In this document: piece after piece, positions 15,968 to 20,000 of the stretch | Layout: every line of letters starts with the position of its first letter | Position numbering within the stretch: the first letter of the stretch is position 1 | DNA from: an uncultured virus (IMG/VR IMGVR_UViG_3300025598_000032) | Lineage: Duplodnaviria; Heunggongvirae; Uroviricota; Caudoviricetes | Reading direction: 5' to 3' (one strand) | DNA: 20,000 bases | Virus record (IMG/VR): IMGVR_UViG_3300025598_000032 | Translations under genes and position numbers: made by a program | Notes under the pieces: generated by a model | What the model saw: the letters and a program-made list of their open reading frames with translations, nothing else | Database searches by the model: none | Told to the model about the DNA's origin: nothing

Positions 15968-16608
15968 TAGTATTGCTCCTCTACTCGGTCTACATCAAAG
16001 TCGTGAACTGTGATTTCTCCACCATAGGCATCTACTGTGAGATTATTGCGAACAAGGTCTTCAACATCATATTCGCCTTCACGCATATCAACTTCGATAG
16101 TCATATTGACATTGACCCAAGCGGTTACTTCGATTTCCTTAGTTAGTGGAACATCAAAAATATCAGCAATTTTTTCAAGTGTGTCTTGGTCTTCTGAATC
16201 GTGAAATACATCATTTAGCAAAGTGCGTAGTTTTGACTCTTTGAGATACCAATTATTTTGTTGCTCTGTAAGGCTCTCATAGTTACGGCGGGATTGAGCA
16301 AGAGCCCACTCAATATCAGTTACCTTATCAGTAATATATTCAGTATTACCATCAGTAATCTTCTTATATGTAACCAACATATTTGGGTTATAAAGTTCAG
16401 CGATTGTTGTTTCCATAGTTTGTTCTTCTTTCTTTTGAGTTGGGTATATTGTAGCATCTACCACTGACATCAGAGTTAGACGCTCATAGCATTTAGAACA
16501 AATCTCGCTATGTGGATGACCATTAGATTTAATAGTCATCTCAATATGTGCATCGCAATTTGGGCATACATAATCCCATTTGAACCAAGTTTCTTTTACA
16601 TTTTCCAT
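15967..16608 (-). CDS. Hypothetical protein with N-terminal Zn ribbon; probable second in-frame start at 16416
   Basis: CPNC...CSKC; internal promoter and purine-rich RBS before ATG 16416. Confidence 0.75.
   Translation of the reverse strand: MENVKETWFKWDYVCPNCDAHIEMTIKSNGHPHSEICSKCYERLTLMSVVDATIYPTQKKEEQTMETTIAELYNPNMLVTYKKITDGNTEYITDKVTDIEWALAQSRRNYESLTEQQNNWYLKESKLRTLLNDVFHDSEDQDTLEKIADIFDVPLTKEIEVTAWVNVNMTIEVDMREGEYDVEDLVRNNLTVDAYGGEITVHDFDVDRVEEQY
16448..16469 (-). promoter_or_regulatory. RecA-NDp/PafBC-type promoter (copy 1, intragenic)
   Basis: TGTCAGTG-GTAGATGC-TACAAT. Confidence 0.7.
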
Positions 16609-16616
16609 AGGTGAGT

Positions 16617-16645
16617 ATTATAGCAAGTTACCCATGAGTAATCAA
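16617..16645 (-). promoter_or_regulatory. SigA-type promoter
   Basis: TTGATT-N17-TATAAT with TG extension; ATG 8 nt downstream. Confidence 0.65.
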
Positions 16646-16649
16646 TTTA

Positions 16650-16775
16650 GACACGCAGACAAATCGGACATATCGGTCATCCGTAAATGTGTTTATAATC
16701 ACATCCGTAAAGACTTGACATTATGGATTTTATGGGGCCAGCCCGCCCCAGCTGTTTTGTCAACTCGACACGCCG
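16650..16775. repeat. Composite intergenic element, copy A
   Basis: GACAAATCGGACATAT; TGTGT-N6-TCACA (16688); CCGTAA; TTGACA; GGGCCAGCC (16735); GTCAACTCGACACGCCG (16759). Confidence 0.8.
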
Positions 16776-16795
16776 TGATGACCATTTAAACTTTG

Positions 16796-16869
16796 CGATT
16801 CCAACGGGACTTGAACCCGCAACCTCTACCGTGACAGGGTAGCGATCTAACCAATTGATCTATGGAATC
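16796..16869 (-). tRNA. trnD: tRNA-Asp(GUC)
   Basis: On - strand: acceptor GATTCCA/TGGAATC, D arm GATC/GATC, anticodon arm CTACC-CTGTCAC-GGTAG, T arm GCGGG-TTCAAGT-CCCGT, discriminator G. Confidence 0.95.
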
Positions 16870-16876
16870 AAGAGAG

Positions 16877-16898
16877 GTGAGGGGCTTTCGCCCCTCAC
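16877..16898 (-). terminator. GAAA-loop hairpin between DUF932 and tRNA-Asp
   Basis: GTGAGGGGC-GAAA-GCCCCTCAC with a weak U tail (CTCTCTT). Confidence 0.6.
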
Positions 16899-16904
16899 AA
16901 TTTA

Positions 16905-17945
16905 TTAAGCGGTAAGTGCAAGAACCTGCTTAACAATTTTATTTTTTTCTGCTGTGATAACAGGGTCAAATCCGCTTGCACCTGCCATTAGCGAATCGCT
17001 GTTTCCCTTGCGGGCTGTGCGATAGTAATCAAGGCGTTCGGTTAGAGCATTTACAACGCCCCATGCTGTACCCTTGATATTAGCATTAGTAGGAGAGTTA
17101 TGGTAAAGGTCATCAAGCAGAACAACCTTGTTTTCCCACTTCTTGATTGAACCCTTAACATCTGCCTCTGGCTTAGGATACATCTTGTTAATGATTTCGC
17201 TAAACTTAGCATTTGTCACTTCACGAGAGAAAAGTTCTTTTGCTTGTGTTTCGAATTCATCCATGTACGCAAGAGTTAGACCTAGAGTCTCACGAGCAGC
17301 AGCAATTTTTCCATCTACTGTCTGAGTGTGGCGAATCTTGAAAGATTGCTTAGCCTTACGCATAGCGAAATTAAGAGTGTTTTGACACATAACACGAACA
17401 GGGGTAATTGCAGATTGAACCGCAACTGAACCATCGTGTGAAGTGTAAACTACGAGATAAAGATTGGTAGTGTCATTAGCACCATTAGGGTCAAGAACCA
17501 TAGTGCGGGGAATTGACATTGTGCCAAATACAACACGACCATTCTTTAGAGAACCTGCACTTTCCCAATTTACATCAGGGTTTCCATCATGTAGGTTATC
17601 TGCAAAAGAAAAGAGTTCTTCATTCTGAACAGCCTTATAGCGTGAGCCTACAACTGAGAGAACATCTTTTTGTCCTGCTGTGTAAGGGTTATCACGAACA
17701 ACCAAAAAATTCTCGCTAACAGAATCATAGTTGTCTGGCAATAAATCTGAAACAGACTCAAGAGAAACATTCCAATTTGAGAGTTTAGCAGCATCTAGCA
17801 TTTGTGCGGTTGTGACTTGCTCATCCTTAGCAAATACCTTGTTAGCAAAAGAGTGCCATGCAGGATTTGTGCGAAGTGATACAGCAAGAGATACAGAACC
17901 ATCCTCAACTTCTGAGCGATGAACCTGTGACATTGGGTTAGTCAT
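16905..17945 (-). CDS. DUF932 (TIGR03299 phage/plasmid-like) protein
   Basis: PAWH, LSNWNV, VVG.RY..VQNEELF, ESAGSL.NGR, SHDGS, TPVRVMCQNTL, IRHT, GTAWG..NA.TE..D. Confidence 0.92.
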   Translation of the reverse strand: MTNPMSQVHRSEVEDGSVSLAVSLRTNPAWHSFANKVFAKDEQVTTAQMLDAAKLSNWNVSLESVSDLLPDNYDSVSENFLVVRDNPYTAGQKDVLSVVGSRYKAVQNEELFSFADNLHDGNPDVNWESAGSLKNGRVVFGTMSIPRTMVLDPNGANDTTNLYLVVYTSHDGSVAVQSAITPVRVMCQNTLNFAMRKAKQSFKIRHTQTVDGKIAAARETLGLTLAYMDEFETQAKELFSREVTNAKFSEIINKMYPKPEADVKGSIKKWENKVVLLDDLYHNSPTNANIKGTAWGVVNALTERLDYYRTARKGNSDSLMAGASGFDPVITAEKNKIVKQVLALTA

Positions 17946-17976
17946 ATTTTTTCCTTCTTTCTGTTAATGTATGCCT

Positions 17977-17998
17977 ATTCTAGCAGATAAGGCTGACA
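17977..17998 (-). promoter_or_regulatory. RecA-NDp/PafBC-type promoter (copy 2)
   Basis: TGTCAG-CCTTATCTGC-TAGAAT, 31 nt upstream of the DUF932 ATG. Confidence 0.7.
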
Positions 17999-18029
17999 TC
18001 TGTCTACCCGTAAAGCCTAAGTTAAATAA

Positions 18030-18152
18030 TGATTTGTCTGATATGTCCGTTTTGTCCCCGCCCATTCCATGTGATTAAAATCACGCCCCGTAAACGGCGT
18101 GTCGGCTTGACGGGCCAGCCCAAAAATCAACGGTTGTCAACTCGACACACCG
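18030..18152. repeat. Composite intergenic element, copy B
   Basis: ATATGTCCGTTTTGTC; TGTGA-TTAAAA-TCACG (18070); CCCCGTAA; CGGCGTGTCGGCTTGAC; GGGCCAGCC (18112); GTCAACTCGACACACCG (18136). Confidence 0.85.
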
Positions 18153-18155
18153 CAT

Positions 18156-18245
18156 TTAAAAATCTTTTTTAGAAAATATAAAATAAAAAATGCATGCGAT
18201 AGCGAATGCAGATCCATAGACCAATACATATGCTACCGCTTGCAT
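18156..18245 (-). CDS. 29 aa single-TM peptide (not in ORF track)
   Basis: MQAVAYVLVYGSAFAIACIFYFIFSKKDF; GGTGGGG RBS-like sequence upstream. Confidence 0.55.
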   Translation of the reverse strand: MQAVAYVLVYGSAFAIACIFYFIFSKKDF

Positions 18246-18267
18246 TTTATTCCCCACCCAAGTTAAA

Positions 18268-18483
18268 TTAATTTAATACGGACCAATAGCTAATTCCAAG
18301 CTCGTCGCTGCAGTAACGTGCAACGTCGCTATGAGCTGTTTCATTATAAAAATATTTAACACGTTGGCCCTTGATCATGACCTTGAAAAAAATATCATCG
18401 TTACCGTCTTGATAAATTTTGCATTGATCATCTGCAAATACAGAATGCCATTGTGCACTGTTGACTGGTGGATGCTTTGCCAT
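18268..18483 (-). CDS. Hypothetical protein
   Basis: 71 aa with AGGAG RBS. Confidence 0.75.
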   Translation of the reverse strand: MAKHPPVNSAQWHSVFADDQCKIYQDGNDDIFFKVMIKGQRVKYFYNETAHSDVARYCSDELGISYWSVLN

Positions 18484-18642
18484 TTATTTAATCTCCTGTG
18501 CATAGTGCATTGCTTTGCCTAATGCGTCTTCTCTTGAGTTGGTATACTTTTTAATTACCTTGCCATTCTTCATGACCACGGCATAGCCGTTGAGGTCCTC
18601 ATGAACCTCAACGCCGTTAATTGTTGCATATGGTGCTGACAT
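18484..18642 (-). CDS. 52 aa hypothetical protein (not in ORF track)
   Basis: MSAPYATINGVEVHED...; GAGGTG RBS, TAATG-coupled. Confidence 0.65.
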   Translation of the reverse strand: MSAPYATINGVEVHEDLNGYAVVMKNGKVIKKYTNSREDALGKAMHYAQEIK

Positions 18643-19115
18643 TACGCCACCTCTTCAATTAAAATATTTGGCTCTTCGGTGATAGTATCCACAACTGAAG
18701 AATGCAATTCATTACGCATTCTAGTTAATTCGGAACCTGGCCAACCTGCTGAAAGAATTCTCTTCGCAAGTTTCATGAGATTATAATCAGGATTATTTTT
18801 TTCTGCAATTTCTAGCAGAGACTTAGCCAAGTCTGTGTTGCCTTGTTCAATATGATACATTGCAGAAATTGTGTCATATGCATATCCTTCTCGTGCATTA
18901 GTTACTCGTGAAAGATAGTTGACAAAATCAACGCATACCTGCATACCATAATCGGACGGGAGCCCAAGGAAGTAATCACGAATCTGCAAGTCATTATTTA
19001 CGGCATAGGTAATCGTTAATAGCATATCATCAGAGACTTCAATCTCGTTGATAAATTGTTCAATTGCGAAATCAATTGTATCTTTGGCTTCGCCACGGGT
19101 TAGGGTTGTTGTCAT
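18642..19115 (-). CDS. DUF4192-like actinobacterial protein (C-terminal helical part)
   Basis: DLQIRDY.L...G...LA...L..A...NPDY.L..L....L.AGWP; start is 19115 or 19127. Confidence 0.6.
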   Translation of the reverse strand: MTTTLTRGEAKDTIDFAIEQFINEIEVSDDMLLTITYAVNNDLQIRDYFLGLPSDYGMQVCVDFVNYLSRVTNAREGYAYDTISAMYHIEQGNTDLAKSLLEIAEKNNPDYNLMKLAKRILSAGWPGSELTRMRNELHSSVVDTITEEPNILIEEVA

Positions 19116-19116
19116 G

Positions 19117-19251
19117 TTAGTTTCCATTCTTTGGTTGGGTTAAGGATGTTATTGTAGCAGGCACCACTGACATTTGCCATGTGGCTTTCTTGAAATTATC
19201 CCAAAGGGTATCCATTTCATTAAATAGATCTTGAGCAGACTTGTCAGACAT
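19117..19251 (-). CDS. 44 aa hypothetical protein overlapping a promoter
   Basis: TAATG-coupled ORF MSDKSAQDLF...MSVVPATI... Confidence 0.45.
   Translation of the reverse strand: MSDKSAQDLFNEMDTLWDNFKKATWQMSVVPATITSLTQPKNGN
19151..19172 (-). promoter_or_regulatory. RecA-NDp/PafBC-type promoter (copy 3)
   Basis: TGTCAGTG-GTGCCTGC-TACAAT. Confidence 0.72.
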
Positions 19252-19442
19252 TATTCCCCCTCATCATATTCTAAAGATAGCGGGAAGGAATCAGACTCCA
19301 TTTCCGCCATCTGATAATAGCACTCAGGGCAGACATAATCATCGCCATAGATATCATACTCTTCTTCAGAGTAGAATACTTCGCTTGTACCGCATACTTC
19401 ATAGTATAGGCAGGCTACTTCAAAAATAGTTTCATTAGTCAT
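19251..19442 (-). CDS. Small acidic Zn-finger protein
   Basis: Start reassigned to ATG 19442 (TAATG, GAGG RBS); C.YYEVC...CPEC. Confidence 0.7.
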   Translation of the reverse strand: MTNETIFEVACLYYEVCGTSEVFYSEEEYDIYGDDYVCPECYYQMAEMESDSFPLSLEYDEGE

Positions 19443-19669
19443 TATTTGACCTCTTCTAGTGTTAGGCAAAGTGGGTTGCACTCGCAATAATCAAAATCAA
19501 AATCACCATCTGGAGATACCCATCCAGTAATTCCTTGACCATAGCAGTTATCGCAGGACTTGAAGATACACTCCCAGCAAGTAGAATCGGAAGTATAGGG
19601 AGCGTCATATACTGAAATATCAGATAAACGCTTATTGCAATCTTTGCAATATGTGGCAACAGTAGACAT
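19442..19669 (-). CDS. Cys-rich Zn-finger protein
   Basis: CKDC, CWEC, CDNC.G.G..GW.SPDGDFDFDYCECNP; AAGAAAGGGG RBS. Confidence 0.75.
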   Translation of the reverse strand: MSTVATYCKDCNKRLSDISVYDAPYTSDSTCWECIFKSCDNCYGQGITGWVSPDGDFDFDYCECNPLCLTLEEVK

Positions 19670-19699
19670 TTAATGCCCCTTTCTTTTCTTGATATCGGA

Positions 19700-19721
19700 A
19701 GTATAGCAGAACCCACTGACA
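19700..19721 (-). promoter_or_regulatory. RecA-NDp/PafBC-type promoter (copy 4)
   Basis: TGTCAGTG-GGTTCTGC-TATACT, 30 nt upstream of ATG 19669. Confidence 0.72.
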
Positions 19722-19732
19722 TTATCTAGTTG

Positions 19733-19817
19733 TACCCGCCAGTATTTGGGAGATTAAAATCACACCCCGTAATCGGCGTGTCGAGTTGACAGGGGCCAGC
19801 CGCACTCGGGCGTGTCG
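19733..19817. repeat. Composite intergenic element, copy C
   Basis: GGAGA-TTAAAA-TCACA (19749); CCCCGTAA; CGGCGTGTCGAGTTGAC (19774); GGGCCAGCC (19793); extra GGCGTGTCG (19809). Confidence 0.85.
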
Positions 19818-19842
19818 CATAGCTATGCAATGTTATAAATAT

Positions 19843-19953
19843 TTATTCAAATTTATTTTTATATTTATTTTTACGTGTATATTTTTTCTTGTTACGAATT
19901 GGAGTTGCAGCATTTGATCTCCGCAACTCTTGAACACGATTTACTTTATTCAT
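19843..19953 (-). CDS. 36 aa highly basic peptide (not in ORF track)
   Basis: MNKVNRVQELRRSNAATPIRNKKKYTRKNKYKNKFE; GGGAG RBS. Confidence 0.65.
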   Translation of the reverse strand: MNKVNRVQELRRSNAATPIRNKKKYTRKNKYKNKFE

Positions 19954-20000
19954 TATTTTCTCCCGCAATTTCACGACACTTCTCACATTCTGATTCTATT

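Noticed and set aside
18620..18641. Fifth RecA-NDp-like site TGTCAG-CACCATATGC-AACAAT
   Set aside because: Lacks the first T of the -10 box and coincides with an ATG TCA gene start; at most a degenerate relic
14219..19722. Plus-strand ORFs in the - arm (14219, 15015, 16258, 16580, 17128, 17513, 17731, 18331, 19241) and alternate-frame ORFs 15269-15478 and 19462-19722
   Set aside because: They overlap better-supported genes or regulatory elements and have no recognisable motifs
16650..19817. Elements A-C as IS ends or integron attC sites
   Set aside because: No transposase or integrase in the window, no target duplications, and no RYYYAAC/GTTRRRY core structure
1..20000. Stop-codon reassignment
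   Set aside because: Genes tile densely under the standard code, with TAA, TAG and TGA all used as stops

Overview
This window looks like part of a large, low-GC tailed phage of Actinobacteria, most likely a freshwater acI/Microbacteriaceae-type host. Evidence for the host: a WhiB gene, a tRNA-Leu(UAA) with the short variable arm typical of actinobacteria, a DUF4192-like gene, apparently leaderless genes and actinobacterial regulator motifs. Bases 1-11.9 kb are a + strand arm: a Dps-like 3' end, tRNA-Leu and tRNA-Arg, a possible internal head protein, a SLOG protein, GroES, WhiB, thioredoxin, an HslV-like peptidase, a secreted S-layer-like protein, PnuC-like, DUF1003, PD-(D/E)XK nuclease and DUF4406 genes, and many tiny Zn-finger or membrane ORFs. 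Bases 12.5-20 kb are a convergent - strand arm of early-type genes: YubB/DUF1281, DUF932, DUF4192-like and tRNA-Asp. The most unusual signal is non-coding. (i) Four matches to the actinobacterial DNA-damage (PafBC/RecA-NDp) promoter TGTCAG-N10-TANNNT precede genes of the distal - arm. (ii) A composite ~100-150 bp element recurs three times between gene cassettes: a CRP-like box, CCGTAA, inverted GTGTC-N3-TTGAC arms and a GGGCCAGCC core. (iii) The ~640 bp convergence gap holds an MraZ-type triple repeat, CRP-like boxes and a repeated 13-mer. Together these suggest a phage that reads or titrates several host global and cell-division regulators. All protein family and binding-site assignments are by eye and need HMM and motif searches.
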